Shown here in pieces: positions 15,683 to 24,441 of a DNA stretch of 42,270 nucleotides. The position numbers were made by a program, and so were the translations under genes. The notes below the pieces were generated by a model, which was given only the letters and a program-made list of their open reading frames with translations, was not told the origin of the DNA and made no database searches. Source of the stretch: a virus; IMG/VR virus record IMGVR_UViG_3300022896_000002, positions 1 to 42,270 of that record; one strand, given 5' to 3'. Each line of letters begins with the position of its first letter. Within the stretch, counting starts at the first letter, position 1.

Positions 15683-16459
15683 ATGGAAGCAGAGCGAATA
15701 AACTATCACAAGCGGCCCGAGTGGTCCTATTCATCAATGAAAAAAATCATTGATAGCGGCATAGACTACGCAGTGGCCGGCAAACTGGGTATGCTGCCGC
15801 AGCCACAAAGCCCATATATCGACCTTGGGCAGCTGACTCATATGATCATATTGGGCGGCGATGACACCTTCGCAATATCCGAGTTCCCCGACTTTAGGAC
15901 GAAGGCCGCTAGAGAGTGGCGCGATCTACAGATAGCGCTGGGCAAGAACATCGTTACCAACGACCAATTTGCCGCCGCTTCCGAGATTGTACGGAACATC
16001 GAAAACCACCCACACACCCCCAAGTACTTGATAGGGGACGACATCAAGCATGAGCAGGAAATGTTTGCAAAAACTGCAGAGGGCATTGCTATGCGCGGCA
16101 AGGCCGATGCTACACGTCTTATCAAGAACGCCGCTATTGTGACCGACATAAAAACAACGGCACAATTCGACAGGTTCTTTAAGTCTGCATCATGGAGCCA
16201 CTACGACCTGCAGGCGGCCGTCTATACACTCATTGCGGCATCACATCTGCAAGTTGACCCCAGCCTGGTAAACTTTTACTTCTGCGTGGCTGAGACGGTC
16301 GTACCCTACCGGGTGCAGTATTTCCACGCAGGTATTGATTTTGTCGAAGCTGGAGAGCGCAAGCTGCGGCAGTGTGTCGATGAGATCGTTGCGTTTGGTG
16401 ATAGAAAACCGAACTTCCTAATAGAAGACATAATGGAGCTAGGAGACTATAGCTTATGA
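15683..16459 (+). CDS. PD-(D/E)XK family nuclease (RecB/Cas4-like recombination exonuclease)
   Basis: 258 aa. Motifs are GKADATRL...IVTDIKTT (D...D-x-K) and YDLQAAVY (QxxxY). It is adjacent to the Sak4-like ATPase. Confidence 0.8.
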   Translation: MEAERINYHKRPEWSYSSMKKIIDSGIDYAVAGKLGMLPQPQSPYIDLGQLTHMIILGGDDTFAISEFPDFRTKAAREWRDLQIALGKNIVTNDQFAAASEIVRNIENHPHTPKYLIGDDIKHEQEMFAKTAEGIAMRGKADATRLIKNAAIVTDIKTTAQFDRFFKSASWSHYDLQAAVYTLIAASHLQVDPSLVNFYFCVAETVVPYRVQYFHAGIDFVEAGERKLRQCVDEIVAFGDRKPNFLIEDIMELGDYSL

Positions 16460-17274
16460 AAGTATTTAACAGTTTAGAACCAACAGAAAAGCCGTCAATC
16501 CTGATGGTAGTATACGGCGAAGGCGGCGTCGGAAAGACCACCTTTGCGGCAACTGCGCCCCGGCCAATTATTGCCGACTGTGAGAACGGGAGCAAGTACT
16601 TTGGTCTGCGCGGTATTGAGACCGACGTTGCCATGATCGATAGCTGGGCTGATATGCAGGAGTTCCTGGAGCTGGCATTAACCGACAAATATGACACTGT
16701 AGTGATTGACCCCATTGGTGAACTCATGGAGAAGCTTATACGCTACATGGTTACCAAGGCTGACAGTAAGCTGGTGCAGAAGGATGGCAATCCTACTATG
16801 GCTGGCTGGGGATGGCTCAAGCAGACTATGCGTACCTTCCTGAAGGTCATGCGTGATAGCGGCAAAAACATTGTCATTGTCGCCCACGTCCAAGAGAAGG
16901 ACGACGAGGGGAGGCTAGTCAAGCGTCCTATGGTGGCCACCAAGCTATCAGAGGAGCTTGTAAACCTTGTTGACGTAGTCGGTTACATGACTACAGTTAA
17001 CGATGCCAGTACGGGCGAAACAAAGCGGGTAATAATTGTAGACCCATCAAGCGATAAGTATGTCGCCAAGGACCGGACCGGCCGCCTTGGTAAATACATC
17101 GAACCTGACTTTACCAAGATCGTCGATGGTGTACGCGGAGATGCAGAATACATATGGATTAAGGGCGAGGTAGAGCCAGTGGGAAAGGACAAGATCAAGG
17201 AGGCCACCCAGCCCCACGTACCCAACTCACGTGTAGAAATGAAGAATCCATCACTCGGGATTGCCGAGAATTAA
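16456..17274 (+). CDS. Sak4-like RecA-fold ATPase (AAA_24 type single-strand annealing/recombination protein)
   Basis: 272 aa. Walker A is VYGEGGVGKTTFA, Walker B-like is YDTVVIDPIGEL, followed by NIVIVAHV. Confidence 0.85.
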   Translation: MKVFNSLEPTEKPSILMVVYGEGGVGKTTFAATAPRPIIADCENGSKYFGLRGIETDVAMIDSWADMQEFLELALTDKYDTVVIDPIGELMEKLIRYMVTKADSKLVQKDGNPTMAGWGWLKQTMRTFLKVMRDSGKNIVIVAHVQEKDDEGRLVKRPMVATKLSEELVNLVDVVGYMTTVNDASTGETKRVIIVDPSSDKYVAKDRTGRLGKYIEPDFTKIVDGVRGDAEYIWIKGEVEPVGKDKIKEATQPHVPNSRVEMKNPSLGIAEN

Positions 17275-17317
17275 CCCGACCATTTAGTAAAAATAGTTTA
17301 TTAACGGAGATAGAACA

Positions 17318-18151
17318 ATGCCAGATGCACAAAAATTAGACACCAACCTGCAAACTTATGCCGACCACAGCGTAGAGCTGATGTCGCCTATAAAGAAAGA
17401 GTCCACCGACATGAAGGACGAGGCAGAGAAGCTAAAAATTACCGATGCTGCCACGCTCAAGGCGGCCCTAGACCTCCGCAAGAAGGTCGTGAAGCATATC
17501 AACACTACTGACGACTATCGTAAGCAGTACACTCGCCCATTAGACGAGGTTACCAAGCAACTCATATCTGGTCAGCGCGATGTACTCGCCCCGGCCGAGG
17601 AAGCCAAAACAATCGTTGGTGAAAAGATAATGGACTATGAAGCCGAGCAGGAGCGATTAGCAAAGATTGAGCGCGACCGGGTTTCTACTATCATTGCGGG
17701 CTACACTACCCAGGAAGCCGTCAACAGCAGGAAGATTAAGGTAATTGATGAGCGGGGCGCCGAACTTAAAGCAGCCTACGGTAGTCTATGCCAGGAGGAT
17801 CAGCAAAACGTAGAAATCAAGTTGGCATTTACCGAAGCAATTAATCGCCTGCTAGATACAAGAGACGTCCTGAGTCGAGCGCAGGTTGATGAGGCTGAGC
17901 GGGCAAAGCAACAGGCAGAACGCGACGCCGAGGCTCTGAAAGTTCGACATGAGGCTGAAACCACCCCGAAGGCAACCGCTGCTCCACAGCCCAAGACCGG
18001 TGTAAAGATGGTCACTAAATTTGCTATTACCGATCCAGGCGCTGTGCCGCGCGAATACTGTAGTGTTAACGAATCTTTGATCCGCCAGGCTATTGCTGCA
18101 GGGGTTACCGAGATTGTCGGAGTAAGCATCTACAAGGAGCGCAGCTTCTAA
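17318..18151 (+). CDS. Coiled-coil protein of the recombination module, possibly DUF1351-like
   Basis: 277 aa. ACGGAGA lies 7 nt upstream. The charged helical sequence fits the general pattern of that family, but this was not verified. Confidence 0.65.
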   Translation: MPDAQKLDTNLQTYADHSVELMSPIKKESTDMKDEAEKLKITDAATLKAALDLRKKVVKHINTTDDYRKQYTRPLDEVTKQLISGQRDVLAPAEEAKTIVGEKIMDYEAEQERLAKIERDRVSTIIAGYTTQEAVNSRKIKVIDERGAELKAAYGSLCQEDQQNVEIKLAFTEAINRLLDTRDVLSRAQVDEAERAKQQAERDAEALKVRHEAETTPKATAAPQPKTGVKMVTKFAITDPGAVPREYCSVNESLIRQAIAAGVTEIVGVSIYKERSF

Positions 18152-18201
18152 TTGATCAGCACCAAGATAGTTAACAAAAACCGATAAAAGGAGTATGGCT
18201 T

Positions 18202-18456
18202 ATGCCAAGTACACCAGATGGCGCCAGAAAAATGGTAAAGACCCTGACAGAAAAAGACCCTGATTATTTCAGAAAGCTCAGTGCCAAAACTAAGAATAGG
18301 TTTGGAGGAAAGCGCGGCAGCTTTGCAAAAGGCAACAAGCACTCCATAAAGGGTGGTAAAATGCAAAGAAGAACATCCGGCAAGATACTCAGAGAGCAGG
18401 ATCTAAAGAATATTGATGACATAGAGATGTTTGATTTAACCTTTGAAGAAACCTAG
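18202..18456 (+). CDS. Hypothetical basic protein
   Basis: ORF track (84 aa). AAAGGAG lies 8 nt upstream. Confidence 0.65.
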   Translation: MPSTPDGARKMVKTLTEKDPDYFRKLSAKTKNRFGGKRGSFAKGNKHSIKGGKMQRRTSGKILREQDLKNIDDIEMFDLTFEET

Positions 18457-18472
18457 AAAGAGACTATAAAAT

Positions 18473-18658
18473 ATGATAACAAAAATAGCGGCTGCCGTGA
18501 TAATACTAATCCTTATGGCATCGGTAGCCACGTTTGTGGCACTTGGCATATTACTCATGGCTATTGGTGCATGGTCAGAGTTCGGCTTCTATGCCGGGCT
18601 CTGCGTTGTCATAGCGATGTGTTTTATCATGGCCCTATTGGTGGCTTCATGGAGGTGA
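18473..18658 (+). CDS. Small two-TM membrane protein
   Basis: ORF track (61 aa), almost entirely hydrophobic. Confidence 0.6.
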   Translation: MITKIAAAVIILILMASVATFVALGILLMAIGAWSEFGFYAGLCVVIAMCFIMALLVASWR

Positions 18659-18807
18659 ATTACTGCAAAGACTGTTACCACATAAAGCGATGGCTTGACT
18701 CCCTACCTACCTTTATGTGGACTGATGACCTATATTGCTATCTGATAGTTTCGAATGCACCTTACTACTGTAGATCCTATATCATAAAGGAGGGTATTGA
18801 CAAATAG
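18649..18807 (+). CDS. Cys-rich small hypothetical protein (52 aa)
   Basis: Same frame as the ORF-track entry 18571..18807. I prefer the ATG at 18649, which overlaps the upstream stop. The stop TAG lies inside the spacer of promoter copy 4. Confidence 0.45.
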   Translation: MEVNYCKDCYHIKRWLDSLPTFMWTDDLYCYLIVSNAPYYCRSYIIKEGIDK

Positions 18808-18825
18808 CCGCAAGCGGTGTAAGAT
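18797..18825 (+). promoter_or_regulatory. Conserved early promoter, copy 4
   Basis: TTGACA (18797-18802), spacer AATAGCCGCAAGCGGTG (17 nt, one substitution), TAAGAT (18820-18825). Confidence 0.7.
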
Positions 18826-18852
18826 GGTTTCATAAACAAAAAAAGGAAATAT

Positions 18853-19062
18853 ATGTTCAACAAAACAAAAAAAGATTCAAACAATAATAAACAGCGCAAC
18901 TTCATGCCAGTCCTATGGGTACTAACACTATTCTCTATTGGCAGCATAGTATTCTCAAGCTGCTACATAATCATGACCTCTACCGATCTATTGCCAAAAC
19001 TAATTATCTTGCCGCAGATTGTCTTCGCGGCTGCGCTAACTATTTACAAATTCGTAAAATAA
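18853..19062 (+). CDS. Small two-TM membrane protein
   Basis: ORF track (69 aa). AAGGA lies upstream, and there are two hydrophobic segments. Confidence 0.6.
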   Translation: MFNKTKKDSNNNKQRNFMPVLWVLTLFSIGSIVFSSCYIIMTSTDLLPKLIILPQIVFAAALTIYKFVK

Positions 19063-19080
19063 TAGGTTGCAGGGGGGATA

Positions 19081-19659
19081 ATGAACAAGGTGTTTTGCTT
19101 ACTGGCAGGAATGATTCTAGCGGGATACATAGTAGTGTCTGCTGAATACCTGTCATCAATTAAACCAGGTAACATAATGTACGAGACTAGTGCCCACGCT
19201 GTACGCGCTAGTCCAGCTAAGCCTCAGAGAAAGATTATTAAGAGCCAGCCATTAGAAAATATATCTGTTAGGAAGACTGCCGCCAGGAAACCGGTCGCAT
19301 ATTCTACGCATCAGAAATGGATGATTGCGGCTAAGATACCTCAGAGCGATTGGCAATACGTTGAGTGTGTTATAAACGGATGTGATGGTGTATCTGCCGA
19401 AGGCGGTTGGGACGGTACAATGAAGTATAACCAAGCTGGTTCTGGCGCCTATGGGTTATGTCAGTCACTACCAGCAAACAAGATGGAGTCAGCCGGAAGC
19501 GACTGGAGGACTAACCCTGTGACGCAGCTCAGGTGGTGCCATCAGTACGCCCAAGGCTACGGCGGATGGAAACAGGCATGGTCTTTTAGGAAGTGTCTCG
19601 GCAGCTGCTACAGCCACAGGACAATTGGTTACGTAGACAAGGACCATACATGGTGGTAA
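19081..19659 (+). CDS. Secreted cell-wall hydrolase-like protein (Apf C-terminal / SLT_2 transglycosylase-like domain)
   Basis: 192 aa. The N-terminal signal or anchor is MNKVFCLLAGMILAGYIVVSA. The C-terminal SGAYGLCQSLPANKMESAGSDWRTNPVTQLRWCHQYAQGYGGWKQAW matches the SGAYGIPQALPGSKM..G.DW.TN..TQI.W..YI..RYG pattern. Confidence 0.75.
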   Translation: MNKVFCLLAGMILAGYIVVSAEYLSSIKPGNIMYETSAHAVRASPAKPQRKIIKSQPLENISVRKTAARKPVAYSTHQKWMIAAKIPQSDWQYVECVINGCDGVSAEGGWDGTMKYNQAGSGAYGLCQSLPANKMESAGSDWRTNPVTQLRWCHQYAQGYGGWKQAWSFRKCLGSCYSHRTIGYVDKDHTWW

Positions 19660-19661
19660 GT

Positions 19662-19692
19662 AAAAAGGCACTGCTTGGGGCAGTGCCTTTTA
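19662..19692. terminator. Bidirectional intrinsic terminator where the early (+) and late (-) arms converge
   Basis: AAAAA-GGCACTGC-loop-GCAGTGCC-TTTT (stem 19667-19674 / 19680-19687), flanked by an A-run and a T-run. Confidence 0.8.
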
Positions 19693-19756
19693 AAAAACTA
19701 ATGTCGGCGGGCGCCGTTGTAAGTGCTTTGCCCGAAGGCAACTACTCACTATAGTA

Positions 19757-20047
19757 CTAGATAAGTGGTTTGTCTTCAACCATCTTTTTAACCAGCTGGT
19801 TATAGGTGATCGAGGCAATGACTGGAGTGCTGAGTGCTACGAAAATATAATCAAGCGTACTTATATTCTGACCGTTTAGCGCTGGCACAATACACACGAT
19901 TATTGAAGCGACGAAGCTGACTGCCAGGTTTGTCTGCACAGGGTACTTGTTTGCTACATTCGATGGCACAATATCCATCTTTAGAATTTGCACGGCAACC
20001 ACAACGCTTGCTGCGGCTAATACTGCTAGTGATGCTAATAGTTCCAT
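19757..20047 (-). CDS. Holin-like three-TM membrane protein
   Basis: 96 aa with three hydrophobic segments and a charged C-terminus. It has a TAATG overlap with the endolysin gene. Confidence 0.65.
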   Translation of the reverse strand: MELLASLAVLAAASVVVAVQILKMDIVPSNVANKYPVQTNLAVSFVASIIVCIVPALNGQNISTLDYIFVALSTPVIASITYNQLVKKMVEDKPLI

Positions 20048-20745
20048 TATAATACCTTTCTTAATTTGTTCTTAAAACTAGGGTCATTCGCCCCGAGTGA
20101 TTTTACTAAGTTTATTGCATACGACTGCGTATCGACGATACGCTTCTGATAACCATCGACTCTTGCCTTTTTTCCCAAGTCACTATCCGATCGAGCCTGC
20201 TCGTACTCTGGGCCATCAGCAAGAAGCCTTTCCATTCGCCCTACCATTATCTTCCCTAGGTATTTCGAAACCTCTGATGGCTTAGCCTTACGACCCCTAT
20301 ACCTTAAAAACATCCTATCTAGTTGTTCTCTATCTTCGAGCATGTCAATTGTCTCCTCTTTTATCTCTTTGCCAACCTCTACACCGATAACACTTGAAAG
20401 ATGGCAATAGAAGACGTTGACAGTGCCCACGCGCACACATACATACAGCCCCCATTGTGGGGCCTGGCCAACCTTAGCGACTATGCCTGGCTTGAATGTA
20501 TATGGTGTAGGATCGATGTCCTGCTGTGCCCATTCATCAAGTCCTGCCTGTATATGTAGGTGTGGTGCATATACTTGTCCCATGAAACTGCCGCTATTGC
20601 CACTGTAGCCAATAACGGTATCACCTACTTTGACCGCTGTGCCCATTGGCGTAGCGTAGTCTTTGCCCTTATGGTGGTGAACTCTGCTGTATGGCGCAGA
20701 CGTCGCTGCGTAGGCAAAGCTTATTGGATAATCTCTCGCTGTCAT
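20047..20745 (-). CDS. M23 family metallopeptidase (endolysin)
   Basis: 232 aa. HxxxD is present as HHKGKDY and HxH as APHLHIQ. It is flanked by membrane-protein genes. Confidence 0.85.
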   Translation of the reverse strand: MTARDYPISFAYAATSAPYSRVHHHKGKDYATPMGTAVKVGDTVIGYSGNSGSFMGQVYAPHLHIQAGLDEWAQQDIDPTPYTFKPGIVAKVGQAPQWGLYVCVRVGTVNVFYCHLSSVIGVEVGKEIKEETIDMLEDREQLDRMFLRYRGRKAKPSEVSKYLGKIMVGRMERLLADGPEYEQARSDSDLGKKARVDGYQKRIVDTQSYAINLVKSLGANDPSFKNKLRKVL

Positions 20746-21134
20746 AAGTTTCTCTCTTTCTCGTCCTGCTCATCGGTAAGAGTCTTCAGATCGATTCCGA
20801 ATAGTTTACTGAGCAGGTAATCGTAATTATACATTCCCATTATGATAAGTGGGACAGATAGATTGTAGAATCCAGCTACCAATCTGTTGATGTTCTCGAA
20901 GTTCAACACAGGCTTACCCATTATAAGGCCAGAGCTTACAATGTATGCGAAAGGGTAAAGCATGAATATAGTTATCAATGATCCAAGGCCAAGCAGCAAG
21001 ATACTCATCAGAGTGAACCAGTTGAGGGGCTTCAGTAAGTTACGGACCATCTTAGGCAGCACAAATACCAGCATTCCTAATATAGCAAGCGCCCTTAGTA
21101 CTAATCCAAAAACTACATAACCGTTAATTTCCAT
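20742..21134 (-). CDS. Four-TM membrane protein (holin candidate)
   Basis: 130 aa with multiple hydrophobic helices. It has an ATGA overlap with the M23 gene. Confidence 0.65.
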   Translation of the reverse strand: MEINGYVVFGLVLRALAILGMLVFVLPKMVRNLLKPLNWFTLMSILLLGLGSLITIFMLYPFAYIVSSGLIMGKPVLNFENINRLVAGFYNLSVPLIIMGMYNYDYLLSKLFGIDLKTLTDEQDEKERNL

Positions 21135-21321
21135 GCTTGTCCTCTCTAGTTGCCTTGTAAAAAATCATTGCATAGTCATCAGTCTTTAAAAGCCTCTTAT
21201 ACCTCTCAGTGGACTCTTTAGAAACTTGGATGGATTTGATATCTCTATCCTGCTTATCCTTGACCCTCTTATCACTATACTTGGGGTCGAACAGTTTTCT
21301 AAGAAGCTTAAAGATCTTCAT
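21124..21321 (-). CDS. Small basic hypothetical protein (65 aa)
   Basis: This is the 3' part of the ORF-track entry 21124..21579. The ATG at 21321 is preceded by GAGGGGGGAAAG. The upstream part of that ORF overlaps the better 21308..21544 gene in another frame. Confidence 0.5.
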   Translation of the reverse strand: MKIFKLLRKLFDPKYSDKRVKDKQDRDIKSIQVSKESTERYKRLLKTDDYAMIFYKATREDKHGN

Positions 21322-21544
21322 CTTTCCCCCCTCTGGGTACAATCTTCCTAACGATTTCCTGAAGCGTATCATGGACAGTATCAAGTGATTCAACAACTCG
21401 AGACTGTGATTTGTATACGTCCTCGATTCGCTTGTCTTTCTCGGCAAGTAATAATACACCCAACCTGATTGCAACAACTGATACGAGTATAAGAGCTGCG
21501 CCAAGCGTGCCTGAATCCAGAATCTTAGCAATGGCTGCATCCAC
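21308..21544 (-). CDS. Single-TM small membrane protein (holin/antiholin-like)
   Basis: 78 aa. The TM segment is GTLGAALILVSVVAIRLGVLLL, followed by a charged tail. Confidence 0.6.
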   Translation of the reverse strand: MDAAIAKILDSGTLGAALILVSVVAIRLGVLLLAEKDKRIEDVYKSQSRVVESLDTVHDTLQEIVRKIVPRGGKDEDL

Positions 21545-21545
21545 C

Positions 21546-21986
21546 CTATTCCTCCCGGCAACTCTCGTCCTGAGAGCAATCGATTATTATAAGTGCATTA
21601 CGATCATCTTCATGAATTACCTGATCATGCTTGCCATCGGGAGTCTTGCTATACGCGGCCTGACTAGCAGTCGGCGTTTCTTTCTGCTTGCTAACGGTTT
21701 TGACGGCGGATCTCGCAACAATGACTTCGGTAGGTGCTGGTTCAACGACCTTCTGAGGTTCGCTCTTAGCAGCCTTTGGCGATATCTTCTCGTCTGGTAG
21801 TGTCATTGGTGTAGGAGTGACACTGGTTGGGTTAGCTAAGGCCACCCTGCTAGTCTCCTTGGAAATATAAAATTGAGTATCCGGCTTAACGATGAAGAGC
21901 ACAAGTAACACCAAGAAAAACAATATTGTAACTGACATGGTTACGGCGACTATTCTTACTGCCCGGCGGTACCTGCGCTCTTGCAT
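21546..21986 (-). CDS. N-terminally anchored membrane protein
   Basis: 146 aa. The TM segment is VAVTMSVTILFFLVLLVLFIV, followed by a Pro/Thr/Lys-rich region. Confidence 0.6.
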   Translation of the reverse strand: MQERRYRRAVRIVAVTMSVTILFFLVLLVLFIVKPDTQFYISKETSRVALANPTSVTPTPMTLPDEKISPKAAKSEPQKVVEPAPTEVIVARSAVKTVSKQKETPTASQAAYSKTPDGKHDQVIHEDDRNALIIIDCSQDESCREE

Positions 21987-21994
21987 ATGATCAA

Positions 21995-22474
21995 CTACTT
22001 CACAATAATCAGAGGGTGCGTGTCGCCATCGCTCTGAGTAGTCGCCGCATTGGATGCGACTTTATTAGCAGTTGATATTGGAATGGGCGTACCAAAGGCC
22101 CTAAAGAATACTTGGTAACCAGCATCAGCCTTGATCGCGCGAAGGGTAATAGTATCACTAGCGATACTTAGAATTTTTGAGGCAACAATTTCCTGATATA
22201 CATTTGATTTCTTTGCCCAATGTGATACTGAACGCTCGTCAGGAGCTGTTTGGGTCTTAGTGGTAGAGGCATCCCCATAGAAGCTAGTACACACCTGGAT
22301 CACACCATCGTCTGAGGGAGTCGCATTACCAGTTGATTGGTGCGCACAGTTATTTACTACGCCATTGCGACGTGACCCTACTAAGAATTCCACGGTCGCT
22401 ATCTCTAGGCCTGGGAGTACTAATTGGAATACCCCCTCTTGTCCTAGTGTGAATGATCCACTCTCTGCTTTCAT
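21995..22474 (-). CDS. Hypothetical structural protein
   Basis: ORF track (159 aa). AGGAGA lies upstream. Confidence 0.65.
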   Translation of the reverse strand: MKAESGSFTLGQEGVFQLVLPGLEIATVEFLVGSRRNGVVNNCAHQSTGNATPSDDGVIQVCTSFYGDASTTKTQTAPDERSVSHWAKKSNVYQEIVASKILSIASDTITLRAIKADAGYQVFFRAFGTPIPISTANKVASNAATTQSDGDTHPLIIVK

Positions 22475-22509
22475 TGTTTTGTCTCCTATTTTGCTATAAC
22501 TATAGCATA

Positions 22510-22839
22510 TTATTGAATATCTGGACGTAACTTCATGACCATACTTAGATCATCAGGTAAATGATTGCCACAGTGCAGACACTTACTAGGCGAATCAGGG
22601 GCGTATAGACCGCAGTACTGGCAATTACCGCAAGCAACACATATAACCTGATACTGAGAGAATAGGGTATCACACCACAAACAGCTTCCAGTTGCGCACA
22701 CCTTATCTTCATAGATCATGACCTTGCGCGTAAAAAGAAAGCCATCAATGTTCATGGTTTTTTCTTTGCGTTTTCGCCCTGGAGCAGGTGGGTACTTTAC
22801 TGTATTCCCCGGGTAGTATAGATGAAGTCCACTTTCCAT
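22510..22839 (-). CDS. Cys-rich Zn-ribbon protein; start uncertain (alternative ATG at 22755)
   Basis: 109 aa. The Cys clusters are CATGSCLWC...CVACGNCQYC...CLHCG. There is no clear Shine-Dalgarno for either start. Confidence 0.5.
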   Translation of the reverse strand: MESGLHLYYPGNTVKYPPAPGRKRKEKTMNIDGFLFTRKVMIYEDKVCATGSCLWCDTLFSQYQVICVACGNCQYCGLYAPDSPSKCLHCGNHLPDDLSMVMKLRPDIQ

Positions 22840-23294
22840 AACACCATAGTACCATTGTGATCCTCTGTCATGCCAACATACTCTTCATCTTTTACGATAA
22901 GATTTATCTCTACAGTCGGTTGTCTGCCTGCTAGAAAGCTTTCCGAACTGTAGGTCAACTTATCGAGAAGATGGCTTATGTCAACTGACTTATCGATATG
23001 TCTTGATGAGTCGGCTGAGGCATTCAGAAACATCATCTTACTCTGAGTGGGATTAACCGAGAGTCCGCCTGCTATGGGTGTAGTCTCTGGCCTTCCTCCT
23101 ATCCACAGCAATTTTCTCCTACTTAAGACTGTCGCCTCATCGCATAGCATCACGATGCGGCAATACATATTCTTTATCTCTATCAAGTCCGATGGCAGAC
23201 TCAAGGTAAGAATTGAGTTATATCCACAATATACGGTATTGGCCACTGAGATTGACTTATACTGATGCGTATAATCTTCGTTTCTAGTCCTCAT
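22797..23294 (-). CDS. Hypothetical tail/baseplate-region protein
   Basis: ORF track (165 aa), ATGA-coupled to the upstream gene. Confidence 0.6.
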   Translation of the reverse strand: MRTRNEDYTHQYKSISVANTVYCGYNSILTLSLPSDLIEIKNMYCRIVMLCDEATVLSRRKLLWIGGRPETTPIAGGLSVNPTQSKMMFLNASADSSRHIDKSVDISHLLDKLTYSSESFLAGRQPTVEINLIVKDEEYVGMTEDHNGTMVLWKVDFIYTTRGIQ

Positions 23295-23842
23295 GGTCTA
23301 CCTTCCCAGTCAAGATTGATGGTTTTCATTGCTTCATGTGTCTGGATTATACCGCCCGTCATCAGGCCAGTGCTTGGCAATTTAATCGCGACCCAAATTC
23401 GCCTCTCATACAATGGATTAGTTGGCTGTGGAATTTGGTTCTTACTCAGGTCCGTTAAGCTACCTTCAAATGTCATATCAAATGGGAGGGTCACATTATT
23501 TGGCACCGACACATGTGATACCGCGGCCGATACGTCGAGACTTGCCACGGGTGCTTTATATAGCAGGTATACATCGAATGCCTGTTGTACGCCGTTAGAA
23601 TCTGGACAGGTGACATTTGATCCGGCATTCGTGTATGGCAAGAAGGTGGTATCACGTAAGATGAACTGCCTATTGAAAACAGAGAATGGACTAACCTTTA
23701 CTGGCCAATATATGTAATCGTAATCTGCGGGCAATATGCAGCTACCACCACCTAGTCCACCGCAGCCAGGGTTGTATGAATAATCAGCACCCTTTATCTG
23801 GCCTACAGGAAATGTTGGTATGAATCTTGATCTAGTGGTCAT
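23291..23842 (-). CDS. Hypothetical tail/baseplate-region protein
   Basis: ORF track (183 aa), with coupled start and stop. Confidence 0.65.
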   Translation of the reverse strand: MTTRSRFIPTFPVGQIKGADYSYNPGCGGLGGGSCILPADYDYIYWPVKVSPFSVFNRQFILRDTTFLPYTNAGSNVTCPDSNGVQQAFDVYLLYKAPVASLDVSAAVSHVSVPNNVTLPFDMTFEGSLTDLSKNQIPQPTNPLYERRIWVAIKLPSTGLMTGGIIQTHEAMKTINLDWEGRP

Positions 23843-24438
23843 TACTTTATGCCTGTCACACTTTGGTGTATGTTTAGGTAGTTGAATTTGTACGGTGCTG
23901 TTATTGTTGGCATTCTGTTGAATGCTACTATTAGCACAAAAGCGTCTGTCTTGAAGTCGGTTGATCCATATTCAGGCAGCGCAGGTAGCAGGTTAAGCAG
24001 ATCGGCCGATATTACCCCACTAACAGCCGCGAGTGGATCGGTAGTACCGTGTATCTTCAACCATGATGCACTAATGTAATCATCACTGTAATCAGTATTC
24101 GGGGTAAAGTACTGATCCTTAAAATAGCCTATAGCGAGCTTCATGGTCAGGTCACTATCCCCAGGACCGACGGTCATCATCACATCGGCGAAGCATTCTG
24201 ATATGTCGCCGTAGTGTGGATATAGTATACGCAAGATGTTGTTCTTGCTGGGGTAAGGGAGTATAGGCACGGTCTCATTCGGAGCCCCCGTTAGTGGCAG
24301 AGCGTCACTATCCAATCTTGATAGCTGGGTGCCAACTTCTGATATGTCTCTTTCTGTGGTATCGGTATAGTTTAAGCCAAATATGCTGCCACGAACGGGC
24401 ACAGAATATCCCCGGGATGATTTATCAAGTCTACCCAT
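23842..24438 (-). CDS. Hypothetical tail/baseplate-region protein
   Basis: ORF track (198 aa). Confidence 0.65.
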   Translation of the reverse strand: MGRLDKSSRGYSVPVRGSIFGLNYTDTTERDISEVGTQLSRLDSDALPLTGAPNETVPILPYPSKNNILRILYPHYGDISECFADVMMTVGPGDSDLTMKLAIGYFKDQYFTPNTDYSDDYISASWLKIHGTTDPLAAVSGVISADLLNLLPALPEYGSTDFKTDAFVLIVAFNRMPTITAPYKFNYLNIHQSVTGIK

Positions 24439-24441
24439 GGT

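Noticed and set aside
15838-17225. Minus-strand ORFs inside the recombination genes (15838..16149, 15926..16165, 16230..16727, 16678..16893, 16743..16943, 16983..17225)
   Set aside because: They are antisense to the PD-(D/E)XK nuclease and Sak4-like genes, which have clear catalytic motifs, so they are shadow frames.
19693-19756. Second hairpin after the convergent terminator (TTGCC-CGAA-GGCAA, a UUCG loop on the minus strand)
   Set aside because: The stem is only 5 bp and has no U-tract. It may act as an RNA stabiliser, but it is too weak to call as a feature.
21322-21579. N-terminal 86 codons of the ORF-track entry 21124..21579
   Set aside because: This segment overlaps the better membrane-protein ORF 21308..21544 in another frame. 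A strong RBS (GAGGGGGGAAAG) precedes the internal ATG at 21321, so only 21124..21321 is kept.
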